A stretch of DNA of 64,000 nt from Podarcis tiliguerta. Lineage: Eukaryota. Within the stretch, counting starts at the first letter, position 1; every line of letters begins with the position of its first letter. The stretch lies in assembly GCA_965153285.1 (NCBI GenBank), contig OZ229114.1; one strand, written 5' to 3'. Under the pieces are notes generated by a model that saw nothing but the letters and a program-made list of their open reading frames with translations, did no database searches and was not told where the DNA came from. The position numbers and the translations under genes were made by a program. Of this stretch, positions 12,351 to 25,752 are shown in pieces.

Positions 12351-14193
12351 CTGCATTAGGAAAAGATGGAAAAACAAACAGAGAAGAAGAGAGGAGAGGG
12401 GTGATTCTTTTACTTCCAGCACTAACAGGCAGAGTAGGTGACCATTCTTTGAAGAAGACCTCATGCCAAAGCCCCACTTTAACTTTATTTCAATTTGCAT
12501 TTACGTCTGTCTAATGGGTTTCACTAGGTCTCACACAGCTGTGTACTGATGTGAAATTCACTCATGCAACTTTCTATCCAGCTTTAAACGGACCAAAAGT
12601 ATTTTATTTCAAGACTCAAAAATGGAATCTGCAGAAATACAGATGGGCAAGAGTTGTTAATATTCAAGTTTGAGGGTGGAACTAATGAAGAAAACACTGA
12701 GTTCTGATGTTTTCCTTCTAATGCAAATGCCAGTCAGGGCTATTTTCTGGGGAGAATCAGTAGATGGGAAAGGATTTGAAGTCTTCCCTCGCTTGCAGAT
12801 TTTGCCCTGCAAATATTGTCCTAAGGAGGCAACTTTGGAAAAAGAGAACCATTACTATGCAGATAGGAGCAATGTTGATTTGGGCCATCAGAGCCATAGT
12901 GCCCTTCTTTACATTCTCCCATGGAAGTGAATGGAGCACAATAACGTGTTGCTCTTGGAGAAACTCTGGTAATGACACGGCTGGCTCAACCACACTTCCC
13001 TTCATCCCATGATTTCTTGGTCCAAGAGGTTTTTCTTCTGTACCACCACTTTCCCTGAGAAAACCTGTGCTTTACTGCTGAATTGGAACCAACATCAATC
13101 TGCAGAAAACCCAAATACCATTTGTTCTGATTCAACAAAAACCCGCAGATTTTCCTGGAGAAAGCGGCAGGACAAGAAAAAAACTTCTCAGACCTGTGTC
13201 TAGAAATCATGGGACAAATGGAAGTGTGGATGAGCTCTGGGTGGCCCAGCCCTCGCCAACAGAATTCCCAGGGAGGAGGAAGTCCCATTTGCTTCAGTGC
13301 AGAGTACAAATATAACATTCCACCCTCTGCACATATCCTACCTTTTAAAAGGAATTTTGGTAGCGCTATAAAATTACTCTGATAAGGCAAGTGCCTCGGA
13401 CTCAGCTATACAGCTGCAAATAAAATGTGTGTTGTAAAGTGCATTATACAAATGTGGCATTAGATGGCAATGGTGAGCTATGGCAAATTCAATATTCTTT
13501 TCAAACATTTTTTTAAAAAAGCATTTCACAGCGTTTTTTTATATGTGTTTAGATTCCATACTAGTCTGCGAGAAAAGTTATATTATGATCATTTAAAAGA
13601 AATCACTCTGGTCTGTGTTTCTGTTTGCAACAGTGTTATAATGTCTCTGTAACACCAGCATCTCATGTGGGTTGTGGTACTATATTTTTGTACACCACTC
13701 TAAGCACTGGTTTGCTGGCACATCAACAGTGCATGATATGAGAATCTGCCATTGTGGCTATTTAATTAATCTGATGGATGCACATTATAAACTTCCTTAT
13801 GAACTACCAGACATTATCTTAAACATTTGCACTTTTGACTAAGTGTCACTTTGGTGTTTTTTTTACTATGAAGGAACTTTCTACTCATATGATCTCTCCA
13901 GTGGATTATAATCTCTACTACATTACAAAACACTAGAAGTGATGTTTCGGAGTGCAATAAAACCCCAAAATTTAGCAGTTGAACTGGCAAAAAAGTAAGT
14001 AGTATTAAGGATAATTCTTTTTTAAAAATGCTTTTTATTAAAACAGCAGCTCTAATCTCAGGGCTGAGCTTTGCTTTTCAGTTCTCTGCTCCCCACTATT
14101 TGATGCTAAGTTGAGAGCACACCTCTGTTTTCATCTCCTAAGAGTGCTCTACAGCCCCCCCCCCCCCCGAGAGGTTAGCACTTGAAAACTAAC

Positions 14194-14226
14194 CTTCATG
14201 CCTGCCACCGCAATTCCAGGATCCCC
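14194..14226 (-). CDS. COL13A1: COL13A1 exon, 33 nt, GDPGIAVAGMK (COL2)
   Basis: tgtcag|GGG...AAG|gttagt; human GAPGIAVAGMK. Confidence 0.95.
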
Positions 14227-14618
14227 CTGACAGAGAAAAAGGAAAGACAGGGATACTGTGATAGATGGTGAAAAAAGGTGTTTGCTCAAGAGAGAAAGTT
14301 TCAGAAAGTTTCTCTTTTTTTTCATGGGGAGGGGGCAAAGCACACCTAAGGTAATGTAAAATAGAAGCCAACAGCCTTGGAAGATTACTAGGGCCAAACT
14401 AGATGTGACAGCAGCACAGGGCGTGTTGGGTGCATCTGATTTTTCATAGAAAAAGGGTGTGTGTGTGAATGAATCCCTTACCAAACCCGCTGCTTACTTC
14501 CCTCTAGCTTCTCCCTGCAAAGGCTTTTCTGATGCCAGAGCACAGATAACAAAAGCATCAACACACAAGAGCACAGGAAGCTCCCTGATACTGAGACAGA
14601 TCACTGGTCCATCCAGCT

Positions 14619-14748
14619 CAATGTTCCCCAAACCTGGATCTCCAGCTGTTTTTGGACTACAGCTCCCTTTAGCCCTGACTGTTGCCCATGCCGGCTGGGA
14701 TGAGCAGAATCTCATAACTCCCGTAGGACTGCAAATTCCCCACCTCTG
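14619..14748. mobile_element. Palindromic hAT-type MITE (GGACTACA-core family), degenerate
   Basis: CCCCAAACCTGGATCTCCAGCTGTTTTTGGACTACA shared with the copy at 35589. Confidence 0.65.
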
Positions 14749-17700
14749 ACCTAAAGGGGCACACTGCTGGGAGATAAGCTGCAGTTAGGAGCAAATTTTC
14801 TAAACCTAAATCCACACCTGTGTTCCTCTTTTAGTTCAAAGAGAGAAAGAGAAAGGCGGGGTGGGGAGGGGGAGAGAGGAAGAGGAAGAGAAAGGTCTGC
14901 TGCTGTCACCTCTGGCTTGGCCCTAAGGGATTCCTCAATGAGGAATTCAGTATTGGCAGACAAACTTCTCTCAAGCACAGTTTGCCTTCCATTACCATCT
15001 CCTGCAATGTTTGGTTGCAGGGAGTGCTAGGTGCATTGTGGAGCACATCACTGGTCCACATGTGCTTGGCTGGGGCACTGTTTGTGCTGAGAGGGCACCC
15101 TAGAAATCACTACAGATTGTTCGGTACCACAAAGGGGTTCCTCAACACATGCAATGGGGTCCTTCCACAGACAAATCAATGTGGAAAGAATTTCCTGAGG
15201 GCGGAGGTTTTAAGACTTGGGTCTAGACAGGAGTGTTCCACAGTTCCTCTACACTTATCAATGCATCTTGCTATTGTTTTTAAAGAGAAGCTGTGCTATT
15301 GCTTTTAGCAGAAACCAAACCTTGGCTGTTTCATAATCTTAAGGTTTTCACCATCAACTTTACTGAACAGTTTATGGTCTCATGGATGCAATTGTGCATA
15401 TCTAGTATTATTTTATGACTGAGGGAAAATGTGAATATTAGTAATGGGACATTAAGGTGGAGGAATGAAATGAAATGTAGCAAGAATGCTATATAGCCAC
15501 GGGATCTGTCAGCAGATCTTTGTACTTTGAATGGCAGGAAAAGAAATAATTCCTCACATATGCAGGATATTTTGTATAACATGTGACAAATGAGTGATTG
15601 GTTTTGTCCTCATATCTCTACCAGTTACTTAACCTTTGCTTTGCAGTTGGATTCAGGCAAACTGTTGAGGTGGTAAAGGCACCACACAAGAAACAACTGG
15701 TTATTTTTACATATGACTTCACACATTATCCAGGAGATTGTCAGCTACAGTATCTGCATTATGTCAGTGCATTTAAAAGAACAGTCCACAAATATTTTTT
15801 TGTCCTTTGATGACTTAGCTATTTTGGCTGTTCATCTGAATCAAACTTGGGTGATTCTTTGTGAAGCCTGAAGAATATATTTAGGCTGCTGAAAGGGATA
15901 CTACAGAAAATGGCCTCCCTATGATAAGGGACCCCAGCTCTGTCTATAATGGCTCCATCAGCATGTAATGCTAAACTATGTCTTAACATTATGAGGACAA
16001 GCCACAATGAGCCTAGGACTCTTGCATTCACTTCTCTTCTCCTCTCCTCTTTTGGCATAGCTGCAGGAAGGCTAGAATCTTCTGCTTCCATTTTATATTA
16101 ACCACAGCTGTTCATTCTGTGCAACCCTAAACTGTGGTTAATCATAGCTACAATCTACTCAAACAAGCCAGATTTATAAGTCACAGTCTGAAGCTGACTT
16201 GTTTTAGCAAACCATATTTAAGAGTATCTGAAGTCTGCCCAGGTTTGAACATCATAACAAGCTGCAGTTAGTCAAATAAGGAAACAAAAACTTATTAACT
16301 CCTCTTCATGGTTTTGCCAGAGAAGGAGGGAACAAGCCAAAGGCTCACTGCAACTCAGTTTTGTAACATAAACTGTGGTTTAGCATCACATGTGAACACA
16401 GCCAAAGTTGGGAAGTACACCTATAAAGGCTGTTACCTTGTGTCTCCACATATCCTTCCCAATGGCCTCAAGATGGCCATGGATATGCAGAATGTAATGG
16501 CTCAATCCATTTGAAATACACTTACAAGTGTTTCAGCAGGAAGAAGGACCAGTCACCATGATGAGGCCACGTTCAGTAGCATTTTTATGGCAAAAATAAT
16601 GCCCAGTGTAGACCACTGTATTTGACTGCTCCCTATTAATGACTGGAAATGATGCTAATGGGGAGCAAGCTCATCAAAGCGGCCAATATGTAACACCTGG
16701 GCAGGGAAAGAAAGATACTGGAAGCCTTTGGGAAAGATATCAAGTGGTAAGAATTTCCTAGACAAAAATTGCAGTGCAGATGAACCTTGAGATGAGTGCT
16801 TATTGGCTAAATAAAGGAGGTGGGCACATTCTACATATTAGTATCTGTTAGGCTCTTCAATGAGAGCATTTGATTACAAGAGCAAGTGGTCCTAGGGAAA
16901 GAAGTGGGAATGGATGGAAATATTTATTGTTAGACATAGAATAATGAGGGTTTGGAGAGTTTAGTGCAATAGATGAACAACAAAGAGACTTGCTTGGAGA
17001 AGCAGATTTAAATCATAAACCAAGAAGGGCAAACAGGTTCAAACATTGAAAGGTGTGAAGCAGATGGGGATGGAAGAAGAGGGAGAAGGATCATACCTCT
17101 CAACTTTCTGAAACAGAAATCAGGGGCATAGCTAAAAAACACAAGGACAGAAGATGGAAATCAGGGATTCTATGTAATAACAGGTGAAAGAAACATTCAG
17201 AAATGCATCAGATGTGAGTAATGTTTAGTAACTATGGGCTAGAGACATGAAGGGGATAAATATATATTGGGAGGGTGGATTTGATTGAAGAGATGGCATG
17301 TCAGTCCTTTAACATGTAAATGAATGCAATTCCGGAATCCTTTACATAAGGGTTATTCTGACCTACAATATGTGCACTGGAGTTTAATCTGAATTGCAGC
17401 TATGAATTTAAAACTAAGCACATACTCAAGTGGAATCTTCTCCACTCCTCTGAAAGTAATAAACATTTGAACCTTGATCCAATGGCAAATCAGTCAAATT
17501 TATGCTCTCTGTTTCCGTGGTGCAAATGAAGCACAGATTGGTTTAGTGGACCACACACTCATTGCAGTGGGTATCTTAAGGCACCCATTTCACTTCACTT
17601 CTTTCCACAATGGGAAAACTGTTGAGGAACAGGCATGCCATTTGTTCAGCAAAACATTTCTTCCTGGTTCTTCTTCCTTTTGCTAAATCGGACTTCGAGC

Positions 17701-17848
17701 TTTTTGAATTTTAAGAGTAGGAAATACATGTACAGAATACATGTAAAGAATGTTAAAGGTAATTGGTGTAATCTCTGAGACTCAGGGTCAGTTGAGAGGT
17801 ATGGGTAAGGGTGGTTGGATAAGTCAGACTCCATTCCTTGCAGAATAC

Positions 17849-17893
17849 CTGAACTCCTTGTTTTCCTGGTAGCCCTGGCATGCCCCTCTCCCC
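17849..17893 (-). CDS. COL13A1: COL13A1 exon, 45 nt, GERGMPGLPGKQGVQ (COL2)
   Basis: ttccag|GGG...CAG|gtattc; human GERGMPGMPGKHGAK. Confidence 0.94.
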
Positions 17894-18692
17894 CTGGAAT
17901 AGGAAAAAAACAAGATAAAGATAATGAAGATGGAAGAGTGAGGGGAAAACATAGGTTCCCAAATGACCTTTGTTGGTAACCACTGAAACTGGAGAAAACT
18001 GTATTCCATAAGATCTCAAGACACTCTGACGCTTCAGAGTAGAAGTCAAGCATTGCTGTGATAATTTCTTACAATATAATTAGTAAATCCTGAATTTAGT
18101 ATTAAACCTTTGAAGTGCTAAAGTTATCATGATAAGAACATGGTTTTCTCCATCTTTCGCATGGGGAAAATGTCAAAACGTAATGCTAGAATCAAACTAG
18201 AGACTGGTTGTGCCAGCAAATAAATAATCAGTGCAGCTCATGGCTTGTGGTGTTAAGTAGTGTTGCAGAGATATTATGCTAAAACGCCATAGGCGTAGGG
18301 ATTGACTTATGACCTTTTCGATGTCACTTCAACTGGCTGATGTTAACTACCTTCCCAGAAAATACAGAACTTCACTGTGCTGACTTTATTACATCTGAAA
18401 ACAACTTCTCTGCATGGTGTCCAAAACACAGATCAACTCTTTTGTTGTATGGGTAGTGTGTCAAATTCTCCCCAGCAATGCAAGCGATCATTTACCCTGG
18501 CGTCATCATATCATGTGTTTTCCTACCACATAATGACTGCAGAAATGGGATGACGTACAATGGACCACATGGAGCAAGTGAGCCTAAATACTATAGGAGG
18601 AGAGAGGCAGTACGATTCAGTGATGCTGGAGTTTTGGATGACACTTCCTTGTTGTGTGTAACATATAGACATGAGTGTCTCTCTGGACTATG

Positions 18693-18940
18693 GATGGATG
18701 ATTGTGACAATTTTAGTTACTCCCAGTTCCTCATTTCCCCAAACTTAACTTCAATTCACCACATTTCCACATCAGTATTCTATTTTTTAAAAAACCTTCT
18801 CATGAAAATCTGAGTACATTTACATGCTAATTTCTCTTAATAAACACATTTCTGTTTACAATTTTTCCAAATATACACATTTTTGCAAGCAATTTCAAAA
18901 ATGCAGAATGCATCTTTGAATGTCATTTTCACTAATATAT
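18693..18940 (-). mobile_element. Fragment of the TAGGGATG-TIR hAT non-autonomous family
   Basis: Reverse-complement similarity to 34950-35170 and 44500-44720. Confidence 0.6.
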
Positions 18941-19013
18941 ACAGGCGCACACCCCCGACTTATGTGTGATCAACTCACACGCGACCGCATATACGCATGA
19001 CACCAGGAAATAA

Positions 19014-19090
19014 ATAGACAGACAGACAGACAGACGATAGATAGATGATAGATAGATAGATAGATAGATATAGATATAGATAGATAGATA
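19014..19090. repeat. Compound (AGAC)n(AGAT)n microsatellite
   Basis: Seen directly. Confidence 0.93.
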
Positions 19091-20127
19091 AAAGGGATCT
19101 GAACAGTATATAAACCAAACATATGTGTTCACAAGTGCCAAAAATGGGAGAACAGTTTTGATGTTCACTAAAGCTAACATGAAACAACGTACTGTAATTT
19201 GTTTCTGCTTCTAACAAACCAGCAGAGGGCAGCCCAGGATCTCAATTCAAAGCTTGAGGGTGGGCTGTTTGGGGGGGGGGGAGGAAGAGACAAAATGCTG
19301 TTCATTTCTTCCCACCAGGACAGTCTCCTGCTGGTTTCCTCTTTAAACTACAAGTTTCATGGAGCTTTGATTTTTCTTAACCATGAAATTGACGCTTCCT
19401 TCTCATCACAATCCAATTGGAAAACCTGGATTAAGAAGATCTCCAGATCTCCAGGGTTTAATGATCTGGCTGTGCTCACAGACAGGTTGTGAAACTCTTG
19501 ATGTATAATCCCTTTCACCTTGGAGAATGTGTATGTTTTTTTCAGCTGCCTGGAAAATCAGGAGGCAGCCTCTAGGTAGGTGTGGAGAACATCATTGTGA
19601 TATGCTAGTTAGCACTGATATTAGTTGCTAATGATTACCCACCTTCCTCTTAATAAGCAACTTGCTGTTGGGTAATGACAGACACAACATGTGAATAACT
19701 GTGGTGTCTTTGAAAGCAGACTCATTGCAACCTACTATGAAGTCAGTCTAGGGAGCAGCCTAGGGCAGCAGTTTATAAGGGGCTGCCTTTCTGCACAGTA
19801 GGTGACGGATGTCAAGTTTTCTTTCCTATTAGTACCTTAGTGCATGTATTTCTCTTACTCATGAACAGTAAGGAATAAGGGAAGAATGGAGCTTCTGTAC
19901 TTAAAAAATAGGGAGGCTATGACCATTAAATTACCTTGATACATTTGCTGGGAAGCCAACTGTATTAGCATATCTTGTTTTGCACCGTCTTGATATTGTA
20001 TGTGAGTGGGCAGCATATAAATACATTAATAAATCAAATTTGTCTCAGTAAGTTGTAGCAGGTACATTGAAAAGACAAGCTATCCAAATAGACATTTTTA
20101 GATGAGTTTACACACACGAAGTAGTGT

Positions 20128-20262
20128 GTAATTGTAGAGTTGGAAGGGACCCTGAGGATCATCTTAACCAACCCCCTGCAATGCAGGAAAATGCAGCTCT
20201 CCCATACGGGGATTGAACCTGCAACCTTGGTGTTATCAGCATCATACTAACCAACTGAGCTA
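20128..20262 (-). mobile_element. tRNA-Ile-derived SINE with CR1-type tail
   Basis: Reverse complement TAGCTCAGTTGGTTAG...GCTGATAACACCAAGGTTGCAGGTTCAATCCCCGTATGGG followed by TTCCTGCATTGCAGGGGG...GGTCCCTTCCAACTCTACAAT. Confidence 0.82.
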
Positions 20263-20850
20263 GAACCAGCCCCGAAGACATTTAAATCATACAGCCTGTT
20301 ATAGTTTGCCTTGTCTTTTGTGGATCTTGGCCAAAGTTGTAATACCTTTTTTTTAAAAACACAGGGATATATTCAAAATTTATAGGCTCAATATACATTT
20401 TAATCAAATAGATAACATATGGGCATGAAATCATGTTAGCCTCTCTTAAAAGGGCCCTGAGCATCAGAAGAAAAGAAAGGAGCATGCCAAACCTCAACAT
20501 CAGGATCTGCTGATTTTAGAGTGGGTTTGATGTGTCAGCTAACCAGACATTGTGAAGAAACCCCAACCCGTCTCACAAGATACAGAAGGGCAAGAAATCA
20601 TCAGCCAGTTTGAGTAGTCAAAGAAATGCCTTTGCAAAGAGTCAAATTCCACCAAACTCATAAAGATAGATTTCACCGTGTCTCTCTGTGTGTGCCTAGT
20701 GGAGCCAGGACATGGAAGTCTGCTAGTGGTTAATCACAACACAGATGGATATGCTATTAAATAGGCCACAGGTCTGTCTTGGGTCAAGATTTTTATAACA
20801 ATACATTGTTCTGAGTAACAATTCCCATACCAGATTGACACCATGCCTAC

Positions 20851-20877
20851 CTTCATGCTAGGCTCCCCCTTTTCACC
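20851..20877 (-). CDS. COL13A1: COL13A1 exon, 27 nt, GEKGEPSMK (COL2; Ser at a Gly position; not in recalled human canonical sequence)
   Basis: long pyrimidine tract, gcacag|GGT...AAG|gtaggc. Confidence 0.8.
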
Positions 20878-21606
20878 CTGTGCAAAGGAAAACATAGAGA
20901 AGAAAATGGGGGGGGTAGAAAAAGAGGGGGAGGACAGGCAGAAATAAGAAATTAGGGAAAATGAGCTGCATTGAGAAATGGATGAGAAATGAAGGGTAAC
21001 ACACTTGAAAACTATGTAGGTTGTAGGTAGACAAAAATATTTAAGATGGTATTACAGAGCGCACAGTGTACACATACATTTCCCCCTTCTTCTATTGTCT
21101 CTGGCTCCACAGGTTTTTCAAGCACTATAAAACCAAGCAACTTTCTTTGACCAGAAACAAGAGCACAGAGCATCGTTTGGGCTAGAACCCAGCCATAGCA
21201 TCTGTTTTCAATGCCAGGATTCAATTCTAGAACATATGAGATCCGAATAGGAGAAAGCACTGCAAAATACATTTCTCTCACCACTAATTAATGGGAGAAA
21301 GCCTCTGCAGCAGGAATTAGAAATTCCTGGCCAAAGAGTGGTGTTTTCACCTGCCCTAGCAAAAGTGAGGCGGGGGGGGGGAGTGTACCTACTACCCATC
21401 ACAATGGGTCACTAAACCTTCAGGTCAAGACTGGGGAAAAATATTTGCCTTAAGCCACACATGTGCGCAGAATATACTCTGGGTGCAACACCACTCCTCT
21501 TGTCAATGTATGGGATGTTCATATGAACATCCCTGTTGTAACACAGTGAAGTAGCAATCGGTTGAATTTGGGACATGGGAAGTTGTTGATGCAATGCAAA
21601 AGTTAC

Positions 21607-21669
21607 CTTTGGGCCAGAAGGACCAGGAAGGCCAGGGGTGCCAGGTAAGCCAGCCTCACCCACCTCACC
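21607..21669 (-). CDS. COL13A1: COL13A1 exon, 63 nt, GEVGEAGLPGTPGLPGPSGPK (COL2; not in recalled human canonical sequence)
   Basis: ttccccag|GGT...AAG|gtaact; 7 perfect triplets. Confidence 0.9.
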
Positions 21670-21896
21670 CTGGGGAAAAGATACAAGGAAAGACAGGAAG
21701 GAATAGGTACAGATAAGGGTCAGAAAAAGTCAAGTTTTCTGGCTAAGAAGAAATATTATTAAAGAAGTGGTGGACAGTAATCTCAGGATGACACCCTTGC
21801 TGTTCTGCCTGGATTAATACAGGAAGGTATTCAAAAAAGCAACAACAAAACATACCTCTCCTGTATCAGTATCTACAGCCACAGCAGGCACTATAA

Positions 21897-22359
21897 CAGG
21901 GGTCTGCAACCTTTAAGACAAAAAGAGCCACTTGGACCCGTTTCCGAAGAAACAAACAACTGGGAGCCGCAAAACTCGTCATTATAAAAATAACTTTTTT
22001 GTCACTTTTTTATTATTTCTTTGTTTGACCCCTCAGAATTACTCCTCCTCGTAGAAATAAACGTTAAATTAACAAGTTACCTTTTTTTGTGTGTGTGTTC
22101 TTCACTCCCCTTCAAAACAGTGACCAGCATACATGCCCCTTACAATGTAGCGGGCGGGCGGGAAGGTGACGTCGGAACGGGGTGTGACTAACGCACGCAC
22201 CGCCCCCATGTGATGTCACAGCCAGTACAGCGCCCGCCACAGTGGGGAGTGTCGGGGCGCACATTGCACCTCCTCCCCTCGCTAGTATCCGCCCCGGAGC
22301 CACAGCAAAGGTGTAAAAGAGCCACATGCGGCTCCGGAGCCGCGGGTTGCAGACCCCTG
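21897..22359. mobile_element. Young hAT (Charlie-type) MITE, 463 bp
   Basis: Perfect 15-bp TIR CAGGGGTCTGCAACC; perfect 8-bp TSD CACTATAA (21889-96, 22360-67); CpG-rich interior. Confidence 0.95.
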
Positions 22360-23310
22360 CACTATAACGTTCCAATAGCTTGATTTCACCCCCAAAGGCA
22401 CACTGCACCATTGTCTCCCGAGACAGACGGATGCCAACCAAACCAAGTCAACACTTTCCCCATGTTTCACCTAACACCTGAGTTCCATGACCCAAGTCAC
22501 AAGATTTAGAAGCCATCTCTTGGAAACTGCTGGGACTCTCAACCCTAGCACCAAAATGAACCTACTAGGCTTATAACATTCAATATAACTTGCAGCATGA
22601 TAAATCAAGGAAATCATAATAAAAGGACTCATTGTAAAAATAGAAGAGCGTCACAAACTCCAACAAAGTGGTAAGCAAGATCAGCCATATAAGGCAAGTA
22701 GGTAAGAGCTGACCCAAAGGTTTCAGTGGACTGTACCATCCCAGAAGATACATGGGGAATTGCTGCTTTGAAAGTGCTCACATTATCAAAATCTCTCTCT
22801 GACATCAGCTTTCTATGTGCAAGGAGGTTTTCATGTGCCCCTCTGACAGCTTGGATCGGGTCTAATCAGATTCAGCCAAGGGTGGAACAAGGATACCCAG
22901 AGTTTGTACATTTTGCATGTGAATGTGGATTCAAACTCAGTTTTATTCCAGAACGGTGTCAAATCTTCAGGGGCTTACAGTTTCTCAGGGCAGAAACTGT
23001 CATAAGCAACCAAGAGAGCCTGAAAAATTGGGAACTTACCCATGGGGCATGACAGAGGTTGTGATGGCTGCAGGGGAAGAAGTCACACTTACTTCAAGCC
23101 CCGTCACTCCCAGCCGAAGTTGCTCAAGGTAGGAAATGAGCAAAGTGTGATAACCAGGATATGCTTGTGTCTGTGTGCATGAGTAAGGCAAGGATGGTGT
23201 ATCTTTGCCAGCACTTTCCCAGATGGCTCAGATCTACATTAATGCATTTCAAACGCTGCTGTGCTTATTTCATTTTCTAGTCTTATGCTTCTAAAAAACA
23301 ACAACCATAC

Positions 23311-23346
23311 CTTTCTTCCATGGTACCCCTGAATTCCAGGGTCCCC
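23311..23346 (-). CDS. COL13A1: COL13A1 exon, 36 nt, GDPGIQGYHGRK (COL2)
   Basis: ttacag|GGG...AAG|gtatgg; identical to the recalled human peptide. Confidence 0.96.
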
Positions 23347-23662
23347 CTGTAAATGCCAATTGAAATAAAAACACAAACAAGGATTGAGTTAGGTTGCATT
23401 CAGACTGAAACCCCTTTCCCTTTATGAACATGAACGTAAGAATCTGAGGGGGACATAGACAGATACAGGAGTCCCAAAGAAGAGCTGTGGGGTATTCATG
23501 TCCCTTGCAATTTTTTCAGTTCACTTAACTCTAATATTGGACCATTCTAGCCTTTAGGGATCTCTGTGTGACCAAATGTTGGGTATTACTTGCCCCTCTT
23601 TGGCGGAGTAGAAAAAGTAGTGGCATGCAGTAGCAAAGAGAATTTTATACTATCAAAAATAT

Positions 23663-24185
23663 TGTCCTGGCTCCCGCCCAACACTTTCAGACAGAAGCTC
23701 TTCCTTGAAGTTAATAAAGAGATATTTATTCAGGCAAGTAACCGTGCAGGTTTGGCAGCAGACCCAGTGCTCAGGAGTCAGGATTAAGGAGTTCAGGAGC
23801 AGGCAAGAAGTTCAGAATTGGACAGAAGCGATGAATATGTCCCAACAAGTTTCCCTGCCCCTCTTGCCAAGCTTTGTAAAGCAAAGGCTTGGGATGCTGC
23901 ACTCCATCGGTGCAAGCTGGTCTGCTCCCTGCCTGGTTCTAAATGACAAGGTTGCACCCTCCTGTTCAGTCACTGATGCCTCCCTGTTCAGCTTCCCCTC
24001 TCAGTTGGCCAAAGCCCTCCCAAAAAAGGTCAGAGGGGAGAACCTGCACCCCTGCTCTCTCTTCCAAAGTAACTGAAATCAGGGTGGAAAGGGGAGATCC
24101 CTGTTCCTCAGTTTCTTCTTCTTCCTCCTCTTCCTCCTCCAGAGCCTGCCAACCCAATCTTAATTGTGCTGTGGAGCTCATTACA
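23663..24185. mobile_element. Possible solo LTR (TG...CA)
   Basis: Begins TGT, ends ACA, flanks AATAT/GATAT (4/5), composition distinct from flanking intron; family not identified. Confidence 0.35.
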
Positions 24186-24792
24186 GATATACAGGTTTTT
24201 AAAGCTACGTTTCTCTCTGTTCAAAAGGTGTGGAAGAATTATTTTACTTCCTAGCTAGTTCCTGGCATACTTCCCAACCTCTTCTAATTGGTTCTTAGTT
24301 TGGATTTAAATCAGGTAGGGCCTGATTCAAAACTGGTCTTATGTGGAGATAAGGAAGAACATGAGCTCTTCACGCATTACTAATTTTCACGCTAATTAAC
24401 ACATTAACGCAAACAGGTTGTCCTTATTTTCCTATACCTTCCAAAGGTACATACACAGTAGGTTTATTCAGAACTTGTTCCTTTGCTATATATAGATTTG
24501 AGCCTGTGCTTCTAAGATGCATTAAACATGACAAGTCTGGGTTATGGGTCCTTAAATAAACAAATTAATTAGAAGATCCCTAATACTTTTTTGTGTGTAG
24601 GGTTTTCCCTTGTTCATTCTCAAAGCATGATAGACTAACTCTCTTGTAATTAAACCATTTTGCAGCATCCTGAGAACACAGTTTATAACCACATTCTGGA
24701 CTTCACTGCATTTCACATTTCACTCACAAAGTATTTGAAATTTTAGAGGGCAATTTTTATATCTGGTATTTCTTCTGAGTTGCTTTACTCAC

Positions 24793-24819
24793 CTTTGGTC
24801 CAGGAGGTCCTGGCAAGCC
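24793..24819 (-). CDS. COL13A1: COL13A1 exon, 27 nt, GLPGPPGPK (COL2)
   Basis: ctgcag|GGC...AAG|gtgagt. Confidence 0.94.
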
Positions 24820-25752
24820 CTGCAGATAAAAGCATATGACATCATGAAGTAGTAAAAACCTGAAAATCCCCACAGCACTGGGCAATATGCTAAGGTCTGT
24901 ACTACATTTACTTCTCCTTATACCATATCACCATATATTTTATCTTTTATTACTCAAATAATGTATTCAGAAATTATCCTCTGTAGTAAGTAAATGAATT
25001 CTAAGCCCTATATCAAGCATGCACCATCTTGCATTATTTCTCCTTTATAGACCCTGAACTATTCATTTTAATAAATGTCAGCTGATACTTCACAAACATC
25101 TTTCCATACACCCAAACTACTAGGCTATGGTCCCAAATTTGAAGAGACAGAGCTTATTGGGATGGCAAAAAAAAAAAAAGCATTTTAGGCCCATGACTGC
25201 AGACAAGCCACACCATTAAAGCACTGTAAATCACTGTAAATCAGTTCCCAGGATTCTTAAGGCAGGGAGGATATGCTTTAAAATGTATGGTGTGTATGCA
25301 GCTCAAGTCTCTTTCCCTCCTTCTCTTTTTCACAGATAATAAGCTTGTTTTGTACTTATAAGTGCTTATCCTAGGATTAAAGCAAGATGAGTTGAGAAAA
25401 ATCCTCACTCCCAATTATTTCAAGTTAACCCTCCACCATGCACTCAAATCATTAGGCTGAAGTTCATAGGATTTTTTAAAAAAAATAATCCTAGAGTTCA
25501 GAGGGGTTTTAAAATCCGAGAACCGAGTAACTGGACTTTTAGCAGACTACATTCAGACGAAGCTGGCAAGAGAATGGTCACTGAATGACCAACTCCCTTC
25601 ACTGCTTGCTTGCCTACCCTTCCCTTAATGCATGCAGTTGTATGGCACTGTTGAGCCAGCATTCATTATGTCCCTTGAAGGCACCAAGAAATAAATCACG
25701 TTCATGCAAGCAAATGCAGCAACCGTAGTAAAGGAAAAGATTAAATGGATAC

